From Myxococcota bacterium (GTDB lineage Bacteria; Myxococcota; XYA12-FULL-58-9; JALHOP01), in the NCBI GenBank assembly GCA_041288095.1, contig JBGGMJ010000128.1, forward strand, positions 1 to 35,108: a DNA stretch of 35,108 nucleotides, given 5' to 3'. This document shows, in pieces, positions 9,051 through 17,168 of the stretch. The notes beneath the pieces are model-generated. The model did not search any database. It was not told where the DNA came from and saw nothing but the letters and a program-made list of their open reading frames with translations. The stretch's first letter is position 1; each line of letters starts with the position of its first letter. The position numbers were made by a program, and so were the translations under genes.

Positions 9051-10376
9051 ATGACCCTCTCTGCCGCGTCAGTTCACGAGACCCTGGGCAAATGGCTCCT
9101 TGCCGACGGTATGTCCGTCGTCTTCGACGGCGAAAAGAGCCACGGTCACTACTTGCACGACGCCAAGAGCGGCAAGGATTACCTCGACTTCTTCGGCTTC
9201 TTCGCGGCCCGGGCGCTCTCCTTCAACCATCCGAGGCTGCGCGAGCCCGACTTCGTCGAGCGTATGTCGGTCGCCGCGACCCACAAGCAATCGAACTGCG
9301 ACCTCTACTCGTCCGACTACGCCAATTTCGTCGAGACCTTCGCCACCAAGGCGCTCGGCGGTCACTTCAAGCGCGTCTTCTTCATCGAAGGCGGCGCGCC
9401 GGCGATCGAGAACGCGTTGAAGACGGCGTTCGACTGGAAGGTGCGCAAGAACCTCGCGGCGGGGAGGGGTGAGAAGGGGAAGCAGATTCTCCACTTCCGC
9501 CAGGCATTCCACGGCCGCACCGGTTACGCGCTGTCGATCACCGACTCGTACGATCCGCGCAAGACCATGTACTTCCCCCTGTGGCCTTGGCCGCGCGTCA
9601 GCAACCCGAAGATGCGCTTCCCATTCGACGAGGCCGCTAAAGCGGAGACGATCGCCGCCGAGACCCAGGCGCTCAAGGAGATCGACGAGGCCTTCGACAA
9701 GAACCCGCACGACATCGCGGCCATCATCATCGAGCCTATCCAGAGCGAAGGTGGCGACAACTACTTCCGCTCCGAGTTCCTGCGCACCCTGCGCAAGATC
9801 TGCGACGACCGCGAGTGCATGCTGATCTTCGACGAGATCCAGACCGGCATGGGCGTCACCGGCGCCTGGTGGGACTGGCAAAACCACGACGTGAAGCCCG
9901 ACCTCATGACCTTCGGCAAGAAGACGCAGGTTTGCGGCTTCGCGGCCACGGCGCGTGTCGACGAGGTCGACTCGGTGTTCAAGGTAGCGTCGCGTATCTC
10001 GAGCACGTTCGAGGGCAACATCGTCGACATGGTGCGCTGCCAGCGCATCGTCGACGTCATCGACAGCGATGGCCTGGTCGACAACGCGCGGACCATGGGC
10101 AAGTACCAGCACAAGCTGCTTGCCGAGCTGGCCGGGAACTTCTCCGAGATCAGCAACGTCCGCAGCCGCGGACTGCTTGCCGCCTTCGACCTGCCCTCGA
10201 CACAGGAGCGCGACAAGGTAGTGCGCGGGGCCTTCGACGAGATGTTGCTCATCTTGCCCTGCGGCACCAAGTCGGTGCGCATGCGACCAGCGCTGGACGT
10301 CGGGGCCGACGCTATCGCCCGTTGCATCGCGCAGCTCGAGGCTGGCGTCCGTCGTGCCTACGGGCGCGAGGCGTAG
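9051..10376 (+). CDS. lat: L-lysine 6-transaminase (class III PLP aminotransferase)
   Basis: LLADG, YLDFFGFFA, FFIEGGAPAIENALKTAFDWK, AFHGRTGY, IEPIQSEGGD, FDEIQTG, FGKK, SRISSTF. True start is likely ATG 9051 rather than the track's 8844. Confidence 0.9.
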   Translation: MTLSAASVHETLGKWLLADGMSVVFDGEKSHGHYLHDAKSGKDYLDFFGFFAARALSFNHPRLREPDFVERMSVAATHKQSNCDLYSSDYANFVETFATKALGGHFKRVFFIEGGAPAIENALKTAFDWKVRKNLAAGRGEKGKQILHFRQAFHGRTGYALSITDSYDPRKTMYFPLWPWPRVSNPKMRFPFDEAAKAETIAAETQALKEIDEAFDKNPHDIAAIIIEPIQSEGGDNYFRSEFLRTLRKICDDRECMLIFDEIQTGMGVTGAWWDWQNHDVKPDLMTFGKKTQVCGFAATARVDEVDSVFKVASRISSTFEGNIVDMVRCQRIVDVIDSDGLVDNARTMGKYQHKLLAELAGNFSEISNVRSRGLLAAFDLPSTQERDKVVRGAFDEMLLILPCGTKSVRMRPALDVGADAIARCIAQLEAGVRRAYGREA

Positions 10377-10389
10377 TAGCCTAGGGGCC

Positions 10390-11121
10390 ATGGAACGCAC
10401 CAAGGTCGTGGTCGTCGGTGCCGCTGGACGCATGGGGCGGCGTGTCGTGTCGTTGCTCGAGGGTCACGCGACGCTCACGTTGGGGCGCGCCTTCGACCGT
10501 GACGATGATCCGGAAGCGGCCATCGCCGGCAGCCATGTGGTCATCGACTTCGCGGCGCCCGCCGTGAGCGCTCGCATCGCGCCCATCTGCGCGCGCCAGG
10601 GCACCGCCTATCTCGTGGCGTCGACCGCGCTGACGTCGGCGGACGAAAGCGCTCTCGATCTCGCGGCGCAGAGCGTGCCGGTGCTGCAAGCCGCGAACTT
10701 GAGCATCGGCGTCAATGTCCTCGCCGAGCTGGTCGCCGACGCCGCCGCGCGGCTGGCGGGCTTCGACGTGGAAATTTCGGAGATTCACCACCGGCACAAG
10801 CGCGATGCACCGAGCGGCACCGCGCTCGCGCTCGGCGCGGCGGCGCGTCGCGGTCGTCCGGCCCTGAAAGACGTTCCGGGGCGCGCGGGCAGCAACGTGC
10901 GTGTCGACGACGAGCTGGGTTACGCCGCGATGCGGGGCGGTGACGTCGCGGGTGATCACACGGTGTACTTCTTCGGCGAAGGCGAGCGCATCGAGCTCAC
11001 GCACCGCGCAACCACCCCCGACATCTTCGCGCGTGGCGCCTTGATCGCGGCCGCCTGGCTCGTGAAAAAGCCGGCGGGCCGCTACACCATGCGCGACGTG
11101 CTCCAAGTCGCGCGTCGCTGA
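10390..11121 (+). CDS. dapB: 4-hydroxy-tetrahydrodipicolinate reductase
   Basis: GAAGRMG, VIDF, AANLSIG, EIHHRHKRDAPSGTA, RGGDVAGDH, ELTHRA, FARGA. Confidence 0.95.
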   Translation: MERTKVVVVGAAGRMGRRVVSLLEGHATLTLGRAFDRDDDPEAAIAGSHVVIDFAAPAVSARIAPICARQGTAYLVASTALTSADESALDLAAQSVPVLQAANLSIGVNVLAELVADAAARLAGFDVEISEIHHRHKRDAPSGTALALGAAARRGRPALKDVPGRAGSNVRVDDELGYAAMRGGDVAGDHTVYFFGEGERIELTHRATTPDIFARGALIAAAWLVKKPAGRYTMRDVLQVARR

Positions 11122-11125
11122 GCGC

Positions 11126-11626
11126 ATGGCCTCCGCGCTCGTAGGGCTCGGCGGCAATCTGGGCGACGTGCTCGCCTGCTTCCGGCGGGCGATCAGCGTC
11201 TTGGCGACGTTGCCGTCGACGCGGGTCGTGAAAGTGGCACGCGCCTATCGCACGCGCGCGCTCATGGCCGACGCGAGCCACGCCCCCGGCCCCGACTACT
11301 GGAACACCGCCGTCGAGCTCGCGACCACGCTCTCACCGCACCAGCTCCTGACCCACCTGCAGGCCATCGAGGCCGACGCCGGCCGAGTCCGCCGCCAACG
11401 CTGGGAAGCGCGGCCGCTCGACCTCGATTTGCTCTACTACGACGATCACGTCATCGACGACGCGCAGCTCACCCTGCCGCATCCTCACGCCATGGCGCGC
11501 CTCTTCGTGGTGGCGCCGCTTGCCGACATCGCGCCGGAGCGCGTCGCGGGCGGGCGCACCTTCAGCGAGCGTGTCGGGGATTTCGACAGCAACGACCTTC
11601 GCGAAATCCGCGACGCCTGGTTCTGA
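11126..11626 (+). CDS. folK: 2-amino-4-hydroxy-6-hydroxymethyldihydropteridine diphosphokinase
   Basis: GLGGNLGD, YWNTAV, LQAIEADAGR-R-QRWEARPLDLDLL, LTLPHP, RLFVVAPL. Confidence 0.94.
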   Translation: MASALVGLGGNLGDVLACFRRAISVLATLPSTRVVKVARAYRTRALMADASHAPGPDYWNTAVELATTLSPHQLLTHLQAIEADAGRVRRQRWEARPLDLDLLYYDDHVIDDAQLTLPHPHAMARLFVVAPLADIAPERVAGGRTFSERVGDFDSNDLREIRDAWF

Positions 11627-11696
11627 GCGCTGCCGGGCTTTCTTCAAAAAACTATTTCGATTTGTTGCGACGGCTCCCATGTCGTCTTCGACGTCG

Positions 11697-11702
11697 TAAA
11701 TT
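11697..11702 (+). promoter_or_regulatory. Putative sigma70 -10 hexamer (TAAATT) for the structured RNA
   Basis: TAAATT lies just 5' of the rod's first stem, with an AT-rich tract at 11638-11666 in an otherwise GC-rich region. No clear -35. Confidence 0.35.
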
Positions 11703-11706
11703 GATC

Positions 11707-11888
11707 ATCGCGGGTCGGGCGTGGAGCTTCGGCCCGCGACTTACACGCGGAGGAGCTTGGGGTTACGCGTCGGCTTGTGGGCACCTCTGGAATTAGCTGG
11801 GGGTTAGTCGAACGTGACGACCGAGCTCCTCCGCCTGTAAGATTTTCCGCCTCTCGCGCCCGCCGCGCGATCGCAGACGATCGTTTTT
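11707..11888 (+). ncRNA. Putative ~180-nt rod-shaped ncRNA (6S RNA-like or novel)
   Basis: Seven nested helices found by eye with an internal bubble (coordinates in findings). Non-Watson-Crick pairs inside the helices are G-U on the + strand. Flanked by a -10-like box and a terminator. Confidence 0.62.
11868..11888 (+). terminator. Rho-independent terminator
   Basis: CGATCG-CAGA-CGATCG hairpin followed by TTTTT. Confidence 0.55.
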
Positions 11889-12025
11889 CCTCGAGAATCT
11901 TTCACTTCACCCGATCGCAAAGGATCGCGATCGCAGATCTGTCGGACCCTCGATCAAGACTCTCCCCACGCTGAATCCTGCCCCGCCGTGATGGCGCGGT
12001 CAGCAGCGCATGGAGGTCTGCGGTC

Positions 12026-12388
12026 ATGTCGAAGAAGGTTGTCCATCTGTCCGATGACGCACACGAGCTCGCCAAGTTGTTCTGCAAAGAGTCGGGCATG
12101 AAGATGAGCGACTGGGTGGCGATGCTGATCAAGCGTGCGGTCGAGCCGCCAGCGCAGGTGCCTGCGCCGCCGCCGGCACCGGTGATGAGCCATCCGGCGA
12201 TTCGTGAGGTGGCGCCACGTTTGCCCGAGCAGCGTCCGGCGAGCTTCGCTACGCCGTCGTTCAATGTGTCGGGGGCGAGCAATCCGTCGCTGCCCAAGAA
12301 GAAGCCCATGCTGCGCGAGCTGTCGTCGGACGAAGACCAGGTTCCCGTCTACGCGCAACCGCCGTTCTGGGCGCGCAAGAGCTCCTGA
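12026..12388 (+). CDS. Small protein with an N-terminal ribbon-helix-helix-like domain and a Pro-rich tail
   Basis: GGAGG RBS at 12012-12016. KKVVHLS (strand), DDAHELAKLFCKESG (helix A), MKMSDWVAMLIKRAV (helix B) fit the RHH pattern; Pro-rich linker; C-terminal YAQPPFW. Confidence 0.65.
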   Translation: MSKKVVHLSDDAHELAKLFCKESGMKMSDWVAMLIKRAVEPPAQVPAPPPAPVMSHPAIREVAPRLPEQRPASFATPSFNVSGASNPSLPKKKPMLRELSSDEDQVPVYAQPPFWARKSS

Positions 12389-12449
12389 AGCTTCGCCCTC
12401 GCGTGGCCTGCTGTAGCGGCCACGGACCTTAGCTGCTAGACCTCCGCTT

Positions 12450-12484
12450 CGCTCGCGCTTGGGCACAAATCCTAGGCGCGAGCG
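12450..12484 (+). other. Stem-loop immediately upstream of the tRNA
   Basis: CGCTCGCGCTTGGG / CCTAGGCGCGAGCG pair with 2 G-U and a 7-nt loop; TGCTAGAC extended -10-like sequence at about 12434. Confidence 0.4.
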
Positions 12485-12492
12485 GCGCGCTC

Positions 12493-12576
12493 GCCGCGGT
12501 GGCGGAATCGGTAGACGCTAAGGACTTAAAATCCTTTATCCGCAAGGGTGTCCGGGTTCGAGTCCCGGCCGCGGCA
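12493..12576 (+). tRNA. tRNA-Leu (anticodon TAA), CCA not encoded
   Basis: Acceptor GCCGCGG/CCGCGGC plus discriminator A; D-arm GCGGAATCGGTAGACGC; anticodon arm AAGGA-CTTAAAA-TCCTT; long variable arm; T-arm CCGGG-TTCGAGT-CCCGG. Confidence 0.97.
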
Positions 12577-12680
12577 TGCGCGCCTGACAACGTCGCGTCG
12601 ATGTACGCCTGGCGCAGCGAATTCGCACCCGGCCAACCATTGCGCCTCCCCGACAAGCCGCATATTGGCGACAAGCTCCA

Positions 12681-14591
12681 ATGCAAACCGAGCCATCGCC
12701 AGAGATCTTGCGGCTGACTTTCCGCAAGCCCGCCTTCTGGTCCGGGACGTTGCTCCTCACCGTCGCGGTTTGTGCGATCGCGTCCCTGAGCCTCGTCCGC
12801 GGTGACGGACAGGTCAATCTGTTGTGGACGGGCAGTCTCGCGGTGCTCTGCCTCGCGATGGTGTTGGTGCGCGCATTGCGCTTACCGCGTTTCGTGCCGC
12901 CCATCGAGCTCGGAGCCAATCGCTTCGCGATGCCGACGGCCGCTGACTCGCGACGCGCCGTGGAGCTCGATTACAGCGATCTCCGTGCTCTGAGTCTGCG
13001 GCAGCGCGGCTCGCAGCAGATCCTGGTCATCGAGACGACCCGCGGCTTGTTCATGTTCCCGGCCGCGGCCTTCACCGACCCGAACGCCATCGAGCGCTTC
13101 TTCGTGGGCCTACGCGAGCGGCTCCAGACCCTGCCGAACGGCACCGATGTCCTCGACGTGATGGCGCGTCGCGAGGAGCTGATCCGCGGCGTCCTGGCGC
13201 TGCGGCCGACGGTCACCTACGTCATCCTGGGCTCGCTCTTGCTCGGGCTCGCCGCTCAGGTGTTCCTCGGTGCGCTCGTCGACGAGGGCGACATCATCAA
13301 GATCAGCACCCTCGGCGCCAATGTCCCGGAGCTGGTGCGCGCCGGTGAGTGGTGGCGGCTCGTCACCGCGAGCTTTCTGCACGGCAGCTTTTTGCACATT
13401 TTCGTCAACGGTCTGTCGCTCATCGTCGTCGGCCAGATCGTCGAGCGCATCATCGGGCCCTGGCGGCTCGGTATCGTCTACGTCGTGGCGTGCGCCGGCG
13501 GGGCGCTGGCGTCCGCGGTGCTGGGTAATGGCGCGGTGTCGGTGGGCGCCTCGACCGGCATCTTCGGTATTTTCGGCGCGCTCGCGGTCTGCAATTTTCA
13601 CTACCGGCGTGAGCTCGCCTTGGGTTTCAAGCAGCCGTTGGAGCTGTGGGCCTTCAACATCCTGCTCAACCTGCTCCTGCCCTTCATCTTCCCGTTCATC
13701 GATCTCTGGGGACATTTCGGCGGTCTCGTTGCCGGGGCGCTGATGACCTACGTGCTGGTCGCTCCGCACGAGCAGCTCATCTACAACCGGCCGGCGGGTG
13801 GCGTCGTGAAAGCCGCGGGAGTGCTGACCGCCGTCGTCGTGTCCGCCTGCTTGGGCTTCGCGACACGTAGCGCGCTCACGCTCACCGATGAGCGCGTCCT
13901 CGTGCTCGCCGAGCAAAGCACCGACTCGACCTGGATGAACGCCGTTGCCTGGGAAGTGGCGCGGCGCCCGGACGCTTCCGCGGACAACATCACGCGCGCC
14001 ACGCGCGTCGCCAAGCGTGCCCTCGAGCACAGCACGGGCGTTGGTGAAGTTGGCCAGGTGCGCGACACCTATGCGACGCTGCTCTACCGCGCCGGTGCCT
14101 TCGACGAGGCGCTGGACAGCGAAGACAAGGCCTTGCGCGAGGCGTCCGTCTTCGCGGAAGCGATCCAACAGCCCATCGACATCGTTCTCGGTGCACAGCT
14201 CGGGCGCTTCCTCGATGCGCGCTACAAGAAGCAGGGTGTGCGCGCGGTCGGCTTCGATGCCTCGCAGCTCCATGTGAATATCGTCGGGCAGGGCGTGCGT
14301 ATCCAGCTCGACGCGCCGGCCCCCAAGGGGCTGGTTGCTTACGGCTTGCTCAAGCGGGGCAGCGCCCGCGAAGGCATCGTCCGCGTCACGCTCGGGCCCG
14401 ACCGCGCCGCCGAGCGGGAGCACACCATTCCGCTCGGGGCCGCCGTCGTGCGCGGCAGCGATCTCATGCGCAATCCCCAAGGACTCGAGGTCGTGATCGC
14501 GTGGGTGGACGCGAACGACTGTCGCTGCGATGCTTCGTCGTACGAGGTGCGGTTCTGGCCGCACGACACGAGCATCGATGGCTACCCCTAG
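12681..14591 (+). CDS. Multidomain rhomboid intramembrane serine protease, paralog 1
   Basis: GEWWRLVTASFLHGSFLHIFVN, GAS(T)G catalytic Ser, GHFGG catalytic His; N-terminal 2 TM plus PH-like domain; C-terminal TPR-like and beta domains. Confidence 0.88.
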   Translation: MQTEPSPEILRLTFRKPAFWSGTLLLTVAVCAIASLSLVRGDGQVNLLWTGSLAVLCLAMVLVRALRLPRFVPPIELGANRFAMPTAADSRRAVELDYSDLRALSLRQRGSQQILVIETTRGLFMFPAAAFTDPNAIERFFVGLRERLQTLPNGTDVLDVMARREELIRGVLALRPTVTYVILGSLLLGLAAQVFLGALVDEGDIIKISTLGANVPELVRAGEWWRLVTASFLHGSFLHIFVNGLSLIVVGQIVERIIGPWRLGIVYVVACAGGALASAVLGNGAVSVGASTGIFGIFGALAVCNFHYRRELALGFKQPLELWAFNILLNLLLPFIFPFIDLWGHFGGLVAGALMTYVLVAPHEQLIYNRPAGGVVKAAGVLTAVVVSACLGFATRSALTLTDERVLVLAEQSTDSTWMNAVAWEVARRPDASADNITRATRVAKRALEHSTGVGEVGQVRDTYATLLYRAGAFDEALDSEDKALREASVFAEAIQQPIDIVLGAQLGRFLDARYKKQGVRAVGFDASQLHVNIVGQGVRIQLDAPAPKGLVAYGLLKRGSAREGIVRVTLGPDRAAEREHTIPLGAAVVRGSDLMRNPQGLEVVIAWVDANDCRCDASSYEVRFWPHDTSIDGYP

Positions 14592-16323
14592 CTCCCCGAG
14601 CGACAACACGATCATCTTGCCGCTGCGTCGCTCGCGCGCGGGGATTTCGTTTTTCGGGATGGCCGGCGAGAGGGCTCCGCCGCATCAGGTCGAGCTCCAT
14701 GCCGAGTATCTCGTGGTGCCGGCGAGTGACATCAGCGTGCGCCGCGTCGAAGTGCCGCTCGATCAAGTGACCGGCATCCGCGTCGTGCCCGAGCTCACGC
14801 GCTCCCTGCTCACCATCGAGGCGGGTCGCCGGGCTTTCAACCTCGGGCTTGCCGGCAAGGCGACGCTCCAAGCCGCGCGCAGCTTCGTGACCGCGACGCG
14901 TGACCGGATCGGGGCGCAGCCGCACGGTGACCTGACGCTCGAGCGGATTGCGGCGCGCGAAGCCGAGGTCGACGCCCTCGTCGCGCATCGAGCGCGGTTC
15001 ATCTGGCTCATGGTGCCGCTCCTCTTCGCGGCGTATTTCGCGCGGGTCGCGCTCACCTCCGAGCTCTTCGATCTCGATTACTTCGGAGCCAGCGCGCGCG
15101 CCTGGCTCAAGCATGGCGAGCTCTACCGCCTGGTGACGGCGGCCTGGCTGCACGCGAACCTCTGGCACATCGGCGGTAACCTCGTTGCCATCGTCTGGCT
15201 GGGGCGCGCGGTGGAGCGCGCGCTCGGCGTATCGCGGCTGCTCCTCATCATGACGGCGGCGACCCTCGGTAGCTCGCTCGGATCGACGTGGCTTACCTTC
15301 GGTCACACCATCGGCGCCTCGGGCGTCGGCATGGGCCTCGCGGCTGGATTCGCGGTGGTCGCCATCATGTATCGCCGCGAGCTACCCCGGCCGATCGCGC
15401 GGCCGGCGTGGTGGTGGGGCGTATTCATCCTCTTGCTCATGCCATCGCCCGATGGACCCGGCCCGTCGGCGATCGACCACGCGGCGCACGCCGGTGGCGC
15501 GTTTGGCGGAGCGCTCGCGGCCTACCTTTTGTGCATGCGCCGGCCGCTCTCGCGCTTGCGCACGCCAGACCTGCGCTGGCTCGCTAGCCTTACGGTGTTG
15601 CTGCACGTCGCGGCGTTGGCGATCATGAGCTATCGCGTGGCGACCACCGAAGCGCTCCCCGAGATGCAACGGCTGACCGTGCTGGTGCGCGAGAAGCTCC
15701 TCTCCGCCGACGAGGCCAACGCCATCGCCTGGCGCCTCGCCATCAAGAAGGACGTCGAGCCGCCGATGTTGCAGGCCGCCTTGCAGCTCGCGGAGGCGGG
15801 TCTCGTGATCGCGCCCCGCGACATTGGCCTCGCCGACACGGTCGCGACGTTGCATCACCGCACCGGCAGCGACCGTCGCGCCGCGGAGCTCGAGGCCCGT
15901 ACCCTGGACGACGTCGCCGAAGCCTTCGACGCCACGGGCTTTGCTACCCAGCTGGCGCGCTTCCTCGTGGCGGCTCCGCGGCAGCCGACCGGCATCACCA
16001 TCGAAGCGAGCGATCGGCAGGTGCGCGTCGCGTTCGCGGAAGACGCGCTCGGCCTCGCGCAGTCCGGCGTCACCATCTACGCCGTCGCCATGCGGCATGG
16101 CCGCATCGAGGGACTCATTCGCTTGCGGCTCGGCGCGGGTGAGCGCGAACGCTACGTGAAGGTGCCGCCGGCGACCGACAGCATCTGGAACGCCATGAGC
16201 ACGCCGATCGCGCCTGACGCCGACTACGGAATCATGCTGGTGCGTAGTGGCTGCGGCTGCAAAGACGGTTCCTCCATGCTTAATGTCTGGGCGGTGCATC
16301 CCGAGGTTTTGGGATGGCCGTAG
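14578..16323 (+). CDS. Multidomain rhomboid intramembrane serine protease, paralog 2
   Basis: GELYRLVTAAWLHANLWHIGGN, GASG, AHAGG; same accessory domains as paralog 1. ATG 14578 overlaps the paralog 1 stop by 14 bp. Confidence 0.86.
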   Translation: MATPSSPSDNTIILPLRRSRAGISFFGMAGERAPPHQVELHAEYLVVPASDISVRRVEVPLDQVTGIRVVPELTRSLLTIEAGRRAFNLGLAGKATLQAARSFVTATRDRIGAQPHGDLTLERIAAREAEVDALVAHRARFIWLMVPLLFAAYFARVALTSELFDLDYFGASARAWLKHGELYRLVTAAWLHANLWHIGGNLVAIVWLGRAVERALGVSRLLLIMTAATLGSSLGSTWLTFGHTIGASGVGMGLAAGFAVVAIMYRRELPRPIARPAWWWGVFILLLMPSPDGPGPSAIDHAAHAGGAFGGALAAYLLCMRRPLSRLRTPDLRWLASLTVLLHVAALAIMSYRVATTEALPEMQRLTVLVREKLLSADEANAIAWRLAIKKDVEPPMLQAALQLAEAGLVIAPRDIGLADTVATLHHRTGSDRRAAELEARTLDDVAEAFDATGFATQLARFLVAAPRQPTGITIEASDRQVRVAFAEDALGLAQSGVTIYAVAMRHGRIEGLIRLRLGAGERERYVKVPPATDSIWNAMSTPIAPDADYGIMLVRSGCGCKDGSSMLNVWAVHPEVLGWP

Positions 16324-16332
16324 GCTCCCGCG

Positions 16333-17157
16333 ATGCCCGAGCTTCCTGAAGTCGAGACCGTTCGCCGCACCGTGCTGCCGCGGGTCCAAGGACTTCGCAT
16401 CGCCTCGGCGCGGGTGCGCGATGGCCGGCTGCGCTCCGCGGTGAACAAGAAGGTGCTGGCTCGGCTCACCGAAGGCCGTGCCATTCTCGACGTGCGCCGG
16501 CGCGCCAAGTACCTGCTGTTCGATCTCGAAGGTGGCGGAGTCTTGCTCGTGCACCTTGGCATGACCGGCCGTCTGCGCTTCGTCAAAGCCACGGAGCCGT
16601 TCGCCAAGCACGACCACGTCGTGTTCGCGCTCTCCAACGGGCTCGAAATGCGCTTCAACGACGCGCGCCGCTTCGGCATGGTCGAGGCCTTCGCGAAAGC
16701 GGACGAGCCCGAGCACAAGAGTCTGATGCACCTCGGCATCGAGCCGCTCTCCCACGAGCTCACACCGGAGCGTTTCGCGGAGCTTGCCCGGGGCTCGAAG
16801 AAGCCGATCAAGAGCTTCCTCATGGACGGCACCAAGGTCGTCGGTGTCGGCAACATCTACGCCTGCGAGGCGCTGCACCTAGCGCGCATCCATCCGCTCA
16901 AGGCCGCGGGCAAGCTCGACCGCGCCAAGTGGGAGCGACTCACCCGCGAGGTGCGGGCGACGCTCGAGCGAGCCATCGTCGAAGGCGGCACCACGCTGCG
17001 CGACTTCGTCGACGCCGAGGGTGTGACCGGGAGCTACGCCACGCGGCTCGTGTGTTACGGGCGCGAGGGCGAGCCTTGCGACTGCGGCCGTGGACGCATC
17101 CGCCGGATGGTCACGGCCGGCCGCAGCACGTTCTACTGCGGATCTTGTCAACGGTAG
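16333..17157 (+). CDS. mutM: Formamidopyrimidine-DNA glycosylase
   Basis: MPELPEVET, RRAKYL, HLGMTG, DARRFG, GVGNIYACE (H2TH), C-terminal zinc finger CDC...CGSCQ. Confidence 0.97.
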   Translation: MPELPEVETVRRTVLPRVQGLRIASARVRDGRLRSAVNKKVLARLTEGRAILDVRRRAKYLLFDLEGGGVLLVHLGMTGRLRFVKATEPFAKHDHVVFALSNGLEMRFNDARRFGMVEAFAKADEPEHKSLMHLGIEPLSHELTPERFAELARGSKKPIKSFLMDGTKVVGVGNIYACEALHLARIHPLKAAGKLDRAKWERLTREVRATLERAIVEGGTTLRDFVDAEGVTGSYATRLVCYGREGEPCDCGRGRIRRMVTAGRSTFYCGSCQR

Positions 17158-17168
17158 GCGCGCGGCGC

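Noticed and set aside
11707..11888. SRP RNA, tmRNA, RNase P RNA or retron msr-msd
   Set aside because: No SRP domain IV motif with a GGAA tetraloop, too short and lacking tmRNA/RnpB signatures, and no reverse transcriptase in the window.
11869..11955. Replication origin suggested by the GATC cluster
   Set aside because: No TTATCCACA-type DnaA boxes, no extended AT-rich unwinding element, and no dnaA/dnaN/gidA/parAB nearby.
11777..11974. 65-aa ORF from the track
   Set aside because: No family features, and it crosses the structured RNA and its terminator.
12493..12700. Integrative element at tRNA-Leu
   Set aside because: No integrase, and I saw no duplicated tRNA 3' end in the window.
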